A DNA stretch of 64,000 nucleotides from the NCBI RefSeq assembly GCF_009914755.1, contig NC_060943.1. One strand, 5' to 3'. Shown in pieces: positions 24,801 through 38,100 of the stretch (positions within the stretch are counted from its first letter, which is position 1; every line of letters starts with the position of its first letter). The position numbers and the translations under genes are program-made. The notes under the pieces are model-generated. The model saw only the letters and a list, made by a program, of their open reading frames with translations. It ran no database searches and had not been told where the DNA came from. The stretch comes from the human T2T-CHM13v2.0 reference genome, Homo sapiens.

Positions 24801-27800
24801 GTGCGTTCAACTCACAGAGTTCAACCTTTCTTTTCATAGAGCAGTTGGGAAACACTCTATTTGTAAAGTCTGCAAGTGGATATTCAGACTTCTTTGAGGC
24901 CTTCGTTGGAAGCGGGATTTCTTCATGTTCTGCTAGACAGAAGAATTCTCAGAAACTTCCTTGTGTTGTGTGTTTTCAACTCACAGAGTTGAACGATCCT
25001 TTACACAGAGCAGACTTGAAACACTCCTTTTGTGGAATTTGCAAGTGGAGATTTCAGCCGCTTTGAGGTCAATGGTAGAATAGGAAATATCTTCCTATAG
25101 AAAGTAGACAGAATGATTCTCAGAAACTCCTTTGTGATGTGTGCGTTCAACTCACAGAGTTTAACCTTTCTTTTCATAGAGCAGTTAGGAAACACTCTGT
25201 TTGTAAAGTCTGCAAGTGGATATTCAGACCTCCTTGAGGCCTTCGTTGGAAACAGGATTTCTTCATATTCTGCTAGACAGAAGAATTCTCAGTAACTTCC
25301 TTGTGTTGTGTGTATTCAACTCACAGAGTTGAACGATCCTTTACACAGAGCAGACTTGAAACACTCTTTTTGTGGAATTTGCAAGTGGAGATTTCAGCCG
25401 CTTTGAGTTCAATGGTAGAATAGGAAATATCTTCCTATAGAAATTAGACAGAATGATTCTCAGAAACTCCTTTGTGATGTGTGCGTTCAACTCACAGAGT
25501 TCAACCTTTCTTTTCATAGAGCAGTTGGGAAACACTCTGTTTGTAAAGTCTGCAAGTGGATATTCAGACCTCCTTGAGGCCTTCGTTGGAAACGGGATTT
25601 CTTCATATTATGCTAGACAGAAGAATTCTCAGTAACTTCCTTGTGTTGTGTGTATTCAACTCACAGAGTTGAACGATCCTTTACACAGAGCAGACTTGAA
25701 ACACTCCTTTTGTGGAATTTGCAAGTGGAGATTTCAGCCGCTTTGAGGTCAATGGTAGAATAGGAAATATCTTCATATAGAAACTAGACAGAATGATTCT
25801 CAGAAACTCCTTTGTGATGTGTGCGTTCAACTCACAGAGTTTAACCTTTCTTTTCATAGAGCAGTTAGGAAACACTCTGTTTGTAAAGTCTGCAAGTGGA
25901 TATTCAGACCTCCTTGAGGCATTCGTTGGAAACGGGATTTCTTCATATTCTGCTACACAGAAGAATTCTCAGTAACTTCCTTGTGTTGTGTGTATTCAAC
26001 TCACAGAGTTGAACGATCCTTTACACAGAGCAGACTTGAAACACTCTTTTTGTGGAATTTGCAAGTGGAGATTTCAGCCGCTTTGAGTTCAATGGTAGAA
26101 TAGGAAATATCTTCCTATAGAAACTAGACAGAATGATTCTCAGAAACTCCTTTGTGATGTGTGCATTCAACTCACAGAGTTCAACCTTTCTTTTCATAGA
26201 GCAGTTGGGAAACACTCTGTTTGTAAAGTCTGCAAGTGGATATTCAGACTTCTTTGAGGCCTTCGTTGGAAGCGGGATTTCTTCATGTTCTGCTAGACAG
26301 AAGAATTCTCAGAAACTTCCTTGTGTTGTGTGTTTTCAACTCACAGAGTTGAACGATCCTTTACACAGAGCAGACTTGAAACACTCCTTTTGTGGAATTT
26401 GCAAGTGGAGATTTCAGCCGCTTTGAGGTCAATGGTAGAATAGGAAATATCTTCCTATAGAAAGTAGACAGAATGATTCTCAGAAACTCCTTTGTGATGT
26501 GTGCGTTCAACTCACAGAGTTTAACCTTTCTTTTCATAGAGCAGTTAGGAAACACTCTGTTTGTAAAGTCTGCAAGTGGATATTCAGACCTCCTTGAGGC
26601 CTTCGTTGGAAACGGGATTTCTTCATATTATGGTAGACAGAAGAATTCTCAGTAACTTCCTTGTGTTGTGTGTATTCAACTCACAGAGTTGAACGATCCT
26701 TTACACAGAGCAGACTTGAAACACTCTTTTTGTGGAATTTGCAAGTGGAGATTTCAGCCGCTGTGAGTTCAATGGTAGAATAGGAAATATCTTCCTATAG
26801 AAACTAGACAGAATGATTCTCAGAAACTCCTTTGTGATGTGTGCGTTCAACTCACAGAGTTCAACCTTTCTTTTCATAGAGCAGTTGGGAAACACTCTGT
26901 TTGTAAAGTCTGCAAGTGGATATTCAGACTTCTTTGAGGCCTTCGTTGGAAGCGGGATTTCTTCATATTCTGCTAGACAGAAGTATTCTCAGTAACTGCC
27001 TTGTGTTGTGTGTATTCAACTCACAGAGTTGAACGATCCTTTACACAGAGCAGACTTGAAACACTCTTTTTGTGGAATTTGCAAGTGGAGATTTCAGCCG
27101 CTTTGAGGTCAATGGTAGAATAGGAAATATCTTCCTATAGAAACTAGACAGAATGATTCTCAGAAACTCCTTTGTGATGTGTGCGTTCAACTCACAGAGT
27201 TTACCCTTTCTTTTCATAGAGCAGTTAGGAAACACTCTGTTTGTAAAGTCTGCAAGTGGATATTCAGACATCATTGAGGCTTTCGTTGGAAACGGGATTT
27301 CTTCATATTCTGCTAGAAAGAAGAATTCTCAGTAACTTCCTTGTGTTGTGTGTATTCAACTCACAGAGTTGAACGATCCTTTACACAGAGCAGACTTGAA
27401 GCACTCTTTTTGTGGAATTTGCAAGTGGAGATTTCAGCCGCTGTGAGGTCAATGGTAGAATAGGAAATATCTTCCTATAGAAACTAGACAGAATGATTCT
27501 CAGAAACTCCTTTGTGATGTGTGCGTTCAACTCACAGAGTTCAACCTTTCTTTTCATAGAGCAGTTGGGAAACACTCTGTTTGTAAAGTCTGCAAGTGGA
27601 TATTCAGACATCCTTGAGGCTTTCGTTGGAAACGGGATTTCTTCATATTCTGCTAGAAAGAAGAATTCTCAGTAACTTCCTTGTGTTGTGTGTATTCAAC
27701 TCACAGAGTTGAACGATCCTTTACACAGAGCAGACTTGAAACACTCTTTTTGTGGAATTTGCAAGTGGAGATTTCAGCCGCTTTGAGGTCAATGGTAGAA

Positions 27801-30539
27801 TAGGAAATATCTTCCTATAGAAACTAGACAGAATGATTCTCAGAAACTCCTTTGTGATGTGTGCGTTCAACTCACACAGTTTAACCTTTCTTTTCATAGA
27901 GCAGTTAGGAAACACTCTGTTTGTAAAGTCTGCAAGTGGATATTCAGACCTCCTTGAGGCCTTCGTTGGAAACGGGATTTCTTCATATTATGCTAGACAG
28001 AAGAATTCTCAGTAACTTCCTTGTGTTGTGTGTATTCAACTCACAGAGTTGAACGATCCTTTACACAGAGCAGACTTGAAACACTCTTTTTGTGGAATTT
28101 GCAAGTGGAGATTTCAGCCGCTTTGAGTTCAATGGTAGAATAGGAAATATCTTCCTATAGAAACTAGACAGAATGATTCTCAGAAACTCCTTTGTGATGT
28201 GTGCGTTCAACTCACAGAGTTCAACCTTTCTTTTCATAGAGCAGTTGGGAAACACTCTGTTTGTAAAGTCTGCAAGTGGATATTCAGACTTCTTTGAGGC
28301 CTTCGTTGGAAGCGGGATTTCTTCATATTCTGCTAGACAGAAGAATTCTCAGAAACTTCCTTGTGCTGTGGGTTTTCAACTCACAGAGTTGAACGATCCT
28401 TTACACAGAGCAGACTTGAAACACTCCTTTTGTGGAATTTGCAAGTGGAGATTTCAGCCGCTTTGAGGTCAATGGTAGAATAGGAAATATCTTCCTATAG
28501 AAAGTAGACAGAATGATTCTCAGAAACTCCTTTGTGATGTGTGCGTTCAACTCACAGAGTTTAACCTTTCTTTTCATAGAGCAGTTAGGAAACACTCTGT
28601 TTGTAAAGTCTGCAAGTGGATATTCAGACCTCCTTGAGGCCTTCGTTGGAAACGGGATTTCTTCATATTATGCTAGACAGAAGAATTCTCAGTAACTTCC
28701 TTGTGTTGTGTGTATTCAACTCACATAGTTGAACGATCCTTTACACAGAGCAGACTTGAAACACTCTTTTTGTGGAATTTGCAAGTGGAGATTTCAGCCG
28801 CTTTGAGTTCAATGGTAGAATAGGAAATATCTTCCTATAGAAACTGGACAGAATGATTCTCAGAAACTCCTTTGTGATGTGTGCGTTCAACTCACAGAGT
28901 TTAACCTTTCTTTTCATAGAGCAGTTGGGAAACACTCTGTTTGTAAAGTCTGCAAGTGGATATTCAGACTTCTTTGAGGCCTTCGTTGGAAGCGGGATTT
29001 CTTCATATTCTGCTAGACAGAAGAATTCTCAGTAACTTCCTTGTGTTGTGTGTATTCAACTCACAGAGTTGAACGATCCTTTACACAGAGCAGACTTGAA
29101 ACACTCCTTTTGTGGAATTTGCAAGTGGAGATTTCAGCCGCTTTGAGGTCAATGGTAGAATAGGAAATATCTTCCTATAGAAAGTAGACAGAATGATTCT
29201 CAGAAACTCCTTTGTGATGTGTGCGTTCAACTCACAGAGTTTAACCTTTCTTTTCATAGAGCAGTTGGGAAACACTCTGTTTGTAAAGTCTGCAAGTGGA
29301 TATTCAGACATCCTTGAGGCTTTCGTTGGAAACGGGATTTCTTCATATTCTGCTAGAAAGAAGAATTCTCAGTAACTTCCTTGTGTTGTGTGTATTCAAC
29401 TCACAGAGTTGCACGATCCTTTACACAGAGCAGACTTGAAACACTCTTTTTGTGGAATTTGCAAGTGGAGATTTCAGCCGCTTTGAGGTCAATGGTAGAA
29501 TAGGAAATATCTTCCTATAGAAACTAGACAGAATGATTCTCAGAAACTTCTTTGTGATGTTTGCGTTCAACTCACAGAGTTTAACCTTTCTTTTCATAGA
29601 GCAGTTAGGAAACTCTCTGTTTGTAAAGTCTGCAAGTGGATATTCAGACCTCCTTGAGGCCTTCGTTGGAAGCGGGATTTCTTCATGTTCTGCTAGACAG
29701 AAGAATTCTCAGAAACTTCCTTGTGTTGTGTGTTTTCAACTCACAGAGTTGAACGATCCTTTACACAGAGCAGACTTGAAACACTCCTTTTGTGGAATTT
29801 GCAAGTGGAGATTTCAGCCGCTTTGAGGTCAATGGTAGAATAGGAAATATCTTCCTATAGAAAGTAGACAGAATGATTCTCAGAAACTCCTTTGTGATGT
29901 GTGCGTTCAACTCACAGAGTTTAACCTTTCTTTTCATAGACCAGTTAGGAAACACTCTGTTTGTAAAGTCTGCAAGTGGATATTCAGACCTCCTTGAGGC
30001 CTTCGTTGGAAGCGGGATTTCTTCATGTTCTGCTAGACAGAAGAATTCTCAGAAACTTCCTTGTGTTGTGTGTTTTCAACTCACAGAGTTGAACGATCCT
30101 TTACACAGAGCAGACTTGAAACACTCCTTTTGTGGAATTTGCAAGTGGAGATTTCAGCCGCTTTGAGGTCAATGGTAGAATAGGAAATATCTTCCTATAG
30201 AAACTAGACAGAATGATTCTCAGAAACTCCTTTGTGATGTGTGCGTTCAACTCACAGAGTTTAACCTTTCTTTTCATAGAGCAGTTAGGAAACACTCTGT
30301 TTGTAAAGTCTGCAAGTGGATATTCAGACCTCCTTGAGGCCTTCGTTGGAAGCGGGATTTCTTCATGTTCTGCTAGACAGAAGAATTCTCAGAAACTTCC
30401 TTGTGTTGTGTGTTTTCAACTCACAGAGTTGAACGATCCTTTACACAGAGCAGACTTGAAACACTCCTTTTGTGGAATTTGCAAGTGGAGATTTCAGCCG
30501 CTTTGAGGTCAATGGTAGAATAGGAAATATCTTCATATA

Positions 30540-33500
30540 GAAACTAGACAGAATGATTCTGAGAAATCCTTTGTGATGTGTGCGTTCAACTCACAGAGTT
30601 TAACCTTTCTTTTCATAGAGCAGTTAGGAAACACTCTGTTTGTAAAGTCTGCAAGTGGATATTCAGACCTCCTTGAGGCCTTCGTTGGAAACGGGATTTC
30701 TTCATATTATGCTAGACAGAGGAATTCTCAGGAACTTCCTTGTGTTGTGTGTATTCAACTCACAGAGTTGAACGATCCTTTACACAGAGCAGACTTGAAA
30801 CACTCTTTTTGTGGAATTTGCAAGTGGAGATTTCAGCCGCTTTGAGTTCAATGGTAGAATAGGAAATATCTTCCTATAGAAACTACACAGAATGATTCTC
30901 AGAAACTGCTTTGTGATGTGTGCGTTCAACTCACAGAGTTCAACCTTTCTTTTCATAGAGCAGTTGGGAAACACTCTGTTTGTAAAGTCTGCAAGTGGAT
31001 ATTCAGACTTCTTTGAGGCCTTCGTTGGAAGCGGGATTTCTTCATATTCTGCTAGACAGAAGAATTCTCAGTAACTTCCTTGTGTTGTGTGTATTCAACT
31101 CACAGAGTTGAACGATCCTTTACAAAGAGCAGACTTGAAACACTCTTTTTGTGGAATTTGCAAGTGGAGATTTCAGCCGCTTTGAGGTCAATGGTAGAAT
31201 AGGAAATATCTTCCTATAGAAACTAGACAGAATGATTCTCAGAAACTCCTTTGTGATGTGTGCGTTCAACTCACAGAGTTCAACCTTTCTTTTCATAGAG
31301 CAGTTGGGAAACACTCTGTTTGTAAAGTCTGCAAGTGGATATTCAGACTTCTTTGAGGCCTTCGTTGGAAGCGGGATTTCTTCATGTTCTGCTAGACAGA
31401 AGAATTCTCAGAAACTTCCTTGTGTTGTGTGTTTTCAACTCACAGAGTTGAACGATCCTTTACACAGAGCAGACTTGAAACACTCCTTTTGTGGAATTTG
31501 CAAGTGGAGATTTCAGCCGCTTTGAGGTCAATGGTAGAATAGGAAATATCTTCATATAGAAACTAGACAGAATGATTCTCAGAAACTCCTTTGTGATGTG
31601 TGCGTTCAACTCACAGAGTTTAACCTTTCTTTTCATAGAGCAGTTAGGAAACACTCTGTTTGTAAAGTCTGCAAGTGGATATTCAGACCTCCTTGAGGCC
31701 TTCGTTGGAAACAGGATTTCTTCATATTCTGCTAGACAGAAGAATTCTCAGTAACTTCCTTGTGTTGTGTGTATTCAACTCACAGAGTTGAACGATCCTT
31801 TACACAGAGCAGACTTGAAACACTCTTTTTGTGGAATTTGCAAGTGGAGATTTCAGCCGCTTTGAGTTCAATGGTAGAATAGGAAATATCTTCCTATAGA
31901 CACTAGACAGAATGATTCTCAGAAACTCCTTTGTGATGTGTGCGTTCAACTCACAGAGTTCAACCTTTCTTTTCATAGAGCAGTTGGGAAACACTCTGTT
32001 TGTAAAGTCTGCAAGTGGATATTCAGACTTCTTTGAGGCCTTCGTTGGAAGCGGGATTTCTTCATGTTCTGCTAGACAGAAGAATTCTCAGAAACTTCCT
32101 TGTGTTGTGTGTTTTCAACTCACAGAGTTGAACGATCCTTTACACAGAGCAGACTTGAAACACTCCTTTTGTGGAATTTGCAAGTGGAAATTTCAGCCGC
32201 TTTGAGGTCAATGGTAGAATAGGAAATATCTTCCTATAGAAACTAGACAGAATGATTCTGAGAAATCCTTTGTGATGTGTGCGTTCAACTCACAGAGTTT
32301 AACCTTTCTTTTCATAGAGCAGTTAGGAAACACTCTGTTTGTAAAGTCTGCAAGTGGATATTCAGACCTCCTTGAGGCCTTCGTTGGAAACGGGATTTCT
32401 TCATATTATGCTAGACAGAGGAATTCTCAGTACCTTCCTTGTGTTGTGTGTATTCAACTCACAGAGTTGAACGATCCTTTACACAGAGCAGACTTGAAAC
32501 ACTCTTTTTGTGGAATTTGCAAGTGGAGATTTCAGCCGCTTTGAGTTCAATGGTAGAATAGGAAATATCTTCCTATAGAAACTACACAGAATGATTCTCA
32601 GAAACTCGTTTGTGATGTGTGCGTTCAACTCACAGAGTTCAACCTTTCTTTTCATAGAGCTGTTGGGAAACACTCTGTTTGTAAAGTCTGCAAGTGGATA
32701 TTCAGACTTCTTTGAGGCCTTCGTTGGAAGCGGGATTTCTTCATATTCTGCTAGACAGAAGAATTCTCAGTAACTTCCTTGTGTTGTGTGTATTCAACTC
32801 ACAGAGTTGAACGATCCTTTACACAGAGCAGACTTGAAACACTCTTTTTGTGGAATTTGCAAGTGGAGATTTCAGCCGCTTTGAGGTCAATGGTAGAATA
32901 GGAAATATCTTCCTATAGAAACTAGACAGAATGATTCTCAGAAACTCCTTTGTGATGTGTGCGTTCAACTCACAGAGTTTAACCTTTCTTTTCATAGAGC
33001 AGCTAGGAAAGACTCTGTTTGTAAAGTCTGCAAGTGGATATTCAGACATCCTTGAGGCTTTCGTTGGAAACGGGATTTCTTCATATTCTGCTAGAAAGAA
33101 GAATTCTCAGAAACTTCCTTGTGTTGTGTGTTTTCAACTCACAGAGTTGAACGATCCTTTACACAGAGCAGACTTGAAACACTCCTTTTGTGGAATTTGC
33201 AAGTGGAGATTTCAGCCGCTTTGAGGTCAATGGTAGAATAGGAAATATCTTCATATAGAAACTAGACAGAATGATTCTCAGAAACTCCTTTGTGATGTGT
33301 GCGTTCAACTCACAGAGTTTAACCTTTCTTTTCATAGAGCAGTTAGGAAACACTCTGTTTGTAAAGTCTGCAAGTGGATATTCAGACCTCCTTGAGGCCT
33401 TCGTTGGAAACAGGATTTCTTCATATTCTGCTAGACAGAAGAATTCTCAGTAACTTCCTTGTGTTGTGTGTATTGAACTCACAGAGTTGAACGATCCTTT

Positions 33501-35120
33501 ACACAGAGCAGACTTGAAACACTCTTTTTGTGGAATTTGCAAGTGGAGATTTCAGCCGCTTTGAGTTCAATGGTAGAATAGGAAATATCTTCCTATAGAA
33601 ACTAGACAGAATGATTCTCAGAAACTCCTTTGTGATGTGTGCGTTCAACTCACAGAGTTCAACCTTTCTTTTCATAGAGCAGTTGGGAAACACTCTGTTT
33701 GTAAAGTCTGCAAGTGGATATTCAGACTTCTTTGAGGCCTTCGTTGGAAGCGGGATTTCTTCATGTACTGCTAGACAGAAGAATTCTCAGAAACTTCCTT
33801 GTGTTGTGTGTTTTCAACTCACAGAGTTGAACGATCGTTTACACAGAGCAGACTTGAAACACTCCTTTTGTGGAATTTGCAAGTGGAGATTTCAGCCGCT
33901 TTGAGGACAATGGTAGAATAGGAAATATCTTCCTATAGAAACTAGGAAGAATGATTCTGAGAAATCATTTGTGATGTGTGCGTTCAACTCACAGAGTTTA
34001 ACCTTTCTTTTCATAGAGCAGTTAGGAAACACTCTGTTTGTAAAGTCTGCAAGTGGATATTCAGACCTCCTTGGGGCCTTCGTTGGAAACGGGATTTCTT
34101 CATATTATGCTAGACAGAGGAATTCTCAGTAACTTCCTTGTGTTGTGTGTATTCAACTCACAGAGTTGAACGATCCTTTACACAGAGCAGACTTGAAATA
34201 CTCTTTTTGTGGAATTTGCAAGTGGAGATTTCAGCTGCTTTGAGTTCAATGGTAGAATAGGAAATATCTTCCTATAGAAACTACACAGAATGATTCTCAG
34301 AAACTCCTTTGTGATGTGTGCGTTCAACTCACAGAGTTCAACCTTTCTTTTCATAGAGCAGTTGGGAAACACTCTGTTTGTAAAGTCTGCAAGTGGATAT
34401 TCAGACTTCTTTGAGGCTTTCGTTGGAAGCGGGATTTCTTCATATTCTGCTAGACAGAAGAATTCTCAGTAACTTCCTTGTGTTGTGTGTATTCAACTCA
34501 CAGAGTTGAACGATCCTTTACACAGAGCAGACTTGAAACACTCTTTTTGTGGAATTTGCAAGTGGAGATTTCAGCCGCTTTGAGGTCAATGGTAGAATAG
34601 GAAATATCTTCCTATAGAAACTAGACAGAATGATTCTCAGAAACTCCTTTGTGATGTGTGCGTTCAACTCACAGAGTTCAACCTTTCTTTTCATAGAACA
34701 GTTGGGAAACACTCTGTTTGTAAAGTCTGCAAGTGGATATTCAGACTTCTTTGAGGCCTTCGTTGGAAGCGGGATTTCTTCATGTTCTGCTAGACAGAAG
34801 AATTCTCAGAAACTTCCTTGTGTTGTGTGTTTTCAACTCACAGAGTTGAACGATCCTTTACACAGAGCAGACTTGAAACACTCCTTTTGTGGAATTTGCA
34901 AGTGGAGATTTCAGCCGCTTTGAGGTCAATGGTAGAATAGGAAATATCTTCCTATAGAAAGTAGACAGAATGATTCTCAGAAACTCCTTTGTGATGTGTG
35001 CGTTCAACTCAGAGAGTTTAACCTTTCTTTTCATAGAGCAGTTAGGAAACACTCTGTAAAGTCTGCAAGTGGATATTCAGACCTCCTTGAGGCCTTCGTT
35101 GGAAACAGGATTTCTTCATA
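30540..35120 (+). repeat. Diverged tandem run of a 1699-bp (5 dimers minus 1 bp) unit, about 2.7 copies
   Basis: The 1-bp-deletion marker TCTGAGAAATC occurs at about 30558, 32257 and 33956. CAGG-mutant boxes occur at 31700, 33399 and 35094; the last is shifted by a 4-bp deletion. Confidence 0.8.
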
Positions 35121-38100
35121 TTCTGCTAGACAGAAGAATTCTCAGTAACTTACTTGTGTTGTGTGTATTCAACTCACAGAGTTGAACGATCCTTTACACA
35201 GAGCAGACTTGAAACACTCTTTTTGTGGAATTTGCAAGTGGAGATTTCAGCCGCTTTGAGTTCAATGGTAGAATAGGAAATATCTTCCTATAGAAACTAG
35301 ACAGAATGATTCTCAGAAACTCCTTTGTGATGTGTGCGTTCAACTCACAGAGTTCAACCTTTCTTTTCATAGAGCAGTTGGGAAACACTCTGTTTGTAAA
35401 GTCTGCAAGTGGATATTCAGACTTCTTTGAGGCCTTCGTTGGAAGCGGGATTTCTTCATATTCTGCTAGACAGAAGAATTCTCAGTAACTGCCTTGTGTT
35501 GTGTGTATTCAACTCACAGAGTTGAACGATCCTTTACACAGAGCAGACTTGAAACACTCTTTTTGTGGAACTTGCAAGTGGAGATTTCAGCCGCTTTGAG
35601 GTCAATGGTAGAATAGGAAATATCTTCCTATAGAAACTAGACAGAATGATTCTCAGAAACTCCTTTGTGATGTGTCCGTTCAACTCACAGAGTTTAACCT
35701 TTCTTTTCATAGAGCAGTTAGGAAACACTCTGTTTGTAAAGTCTGCAAGTGGATATTCAGACCTCCTTGAGGCCTTCGTTGGAAACGGGATTTCTTCATA
35801 TTATGCTAGACAGAAGAATTCTCAGTAACTTCCTTGTGTTGTGTGTATTCAACTCACAGAGTTGAACGATCCTTTACACAGAGCAGACTTGAAACACTCT
35901 TTTTGTGGTATTTGCAAGTGGAGATTTCAGCCGCTTTGAGTTCAATGGTAGAATAGGAAATATCTTCCTATAGAAACTAGACAGAATGATTCTCAGAAAC
36001 TCCTTTGTGATGTGTGCGTTCAACTCACAGAGTTCAACCTTTCTTTTCATAGAGCAGTTGGGAAACACTCTGTTTGTAAAGTCTGCAAGTGGATATTCAG
36101 ACTTATTTGAGGCCTTAGTTGGAAGCGGGATTTCTTCATGTTCTGCTAGACAGAAGAATTCTCAGAAACTTCCTTGTGTTGTGTGTTTTCAACTCACAGA
36201 GTTGAACGATCCTTTACACAGAGCAGACTTGAAACACTCCTTTTGTGGAATTTGCAAGTGGAGATTTCAGCCGCTTTGAGGTCAATGGTAGAATAGGAAA
36301 TATCTTCCTATAGAAAGTAGACAGAATGATTCTCAGAAACTCCTTTGTGATGTGTGCGTTCAACTCACAGAGTTTAACCTTTCTTTTCATAGAGCAGTTA
36401 GGAAACACTCTGTTTGTAAAGTCTGCAAGTGGATATTCAGACCTCCTTGAGGCATTCGTTGGAAACGGGATTTCTTCATATTATGCTAGACAGAAGAATT
36501 CTCAGTAACTTCCTTGTGTTGTGTGTATTCAACTCACAGAGTTGAACGATCCTTTACACAGAGCAGACTTGAAACACTCTTTTTGTGGAATTTGCAAGTG
36601 GAGATTTCAGCCGCTGTGAGTTCAATGGTAGAATAGGAAATATCTTCCTATAGAAACTAGACAGAATGATTCTCAGAAACTCCTTTGTGATGTGTGCGTT
36701 CAACTCACAGAGTTCAACCTTTCTTTTCATAGAGCAGTTGGGAAACACTCTGTTTGTAAAGTCTGCAAGTGGATATTCAGACTTCTTTGAGGCCTTCGTT
36801 GGAAGCGGGATTTCTTCATATTCTGCTAGACAGAAGAATTCTCAGTAACTGCCTTGTGTTGTGTGTATTCAACTCACAGAGTTGAACGATCCTTTACACA
36901 GAGCAGACTTGAAACACTCTTTTTGTGGAATTTGCAAGTGGAGATTTCAGCCGCTTTGAGGTCAATGGTAGAATAGGAAATATCTTCCTATAGAAAATAG
37001 ACAGAATGATTCTCAGAAACTCCTTTGTGATGTGTGCGTTCAACTCACAGAGTTCAACCTTTCTTTTCATAGAGCAGTTGGGAAACACTCTGTTTGTAAA
37101 GTCTGCAAGTGGATATTCAGACTTCTTTGAGGCCTTCGTTGGAAGCGGGATTTCTTCATATTCTGCTAGACAGAAGAATTCTCAGTAACTGCCTTGTGTT
37201 GTGTGTATTCAACTCACAGAGTTGAACGATCCTTTACACAGAGCAGACTTGAAACACTCTTTTTGTGGAATTTGCAAGTGGAGATTTCAGCCGCTTTGAG
37301 GTCAATGGTAGAATAGGAAATATCTTCGTATAGAAACTAGACAGAATGATTCTCAGAAACTCCTTTGTGATGTGTGCGTTCAACTCACAGAGTTTAACCT
37401 TTCTTTTCTTAGAGCAGTTAGGAAACACTCTGATTGTAAAGTCTGCAAGTGGATATTCAGACCTCCTTGAGGCCTTCGTTGGAAACGGGATTTCTTCATA
37501 TTATGCTAGACAGAAGAATTCTCAGTAACTTCCTTGTGTTGTGTGTATTCAACTCACAGAGTTGAACGATCCTTTACACAGAGCAGACTTGAAACACTCT
37601 TTTTGTGGAATTTGCAAGTGGAGATTTCAGCCGCTCTGAGGTCAATGGTAGAATAGGAAATATCTTCCTATAGAAACTAGACAGAATGATTCTCAGAAAC
37701 TCCTTTGTGATGTGTGCGTTCAACTCACAGAGTTCAACCTTTCTTTTCATAGAGCAGTTGGGAAACACTCTGTTTGTAAAGTCTGCAAGTGGATATTCAG
37801 ACATCTTTGAGGCCTTCGTTGGAAGCGGGATTTCTTCATATTCTGCTAGACAGAAGAATTCTCAGTAACTGCCTTGTGTTGTGTGTATTCAACTCACAGA
37901 GTTGAACGATCCTTTACACAGAGCAGACTTGAAACACTCTTTTTGTGGAATTTGCAAGTGGAGATTTCAGCCGCTTTGAGGTCAATGGTAGAATAGGAAA
38001 TATCTTCCTACAGAAACTAGACAGAATGATTCTCAGAAACTCCTTTGTGATGTGTGCGTTCAACTCACAGAGTTTACCCTTTCTTTTCATAGAGCAGTTA

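Noticed and set aside
11361-26990. Loss of the EcoRI site near 11365 and 26983
   Set aside because: These are isolated single substitutions with no structural consequence.
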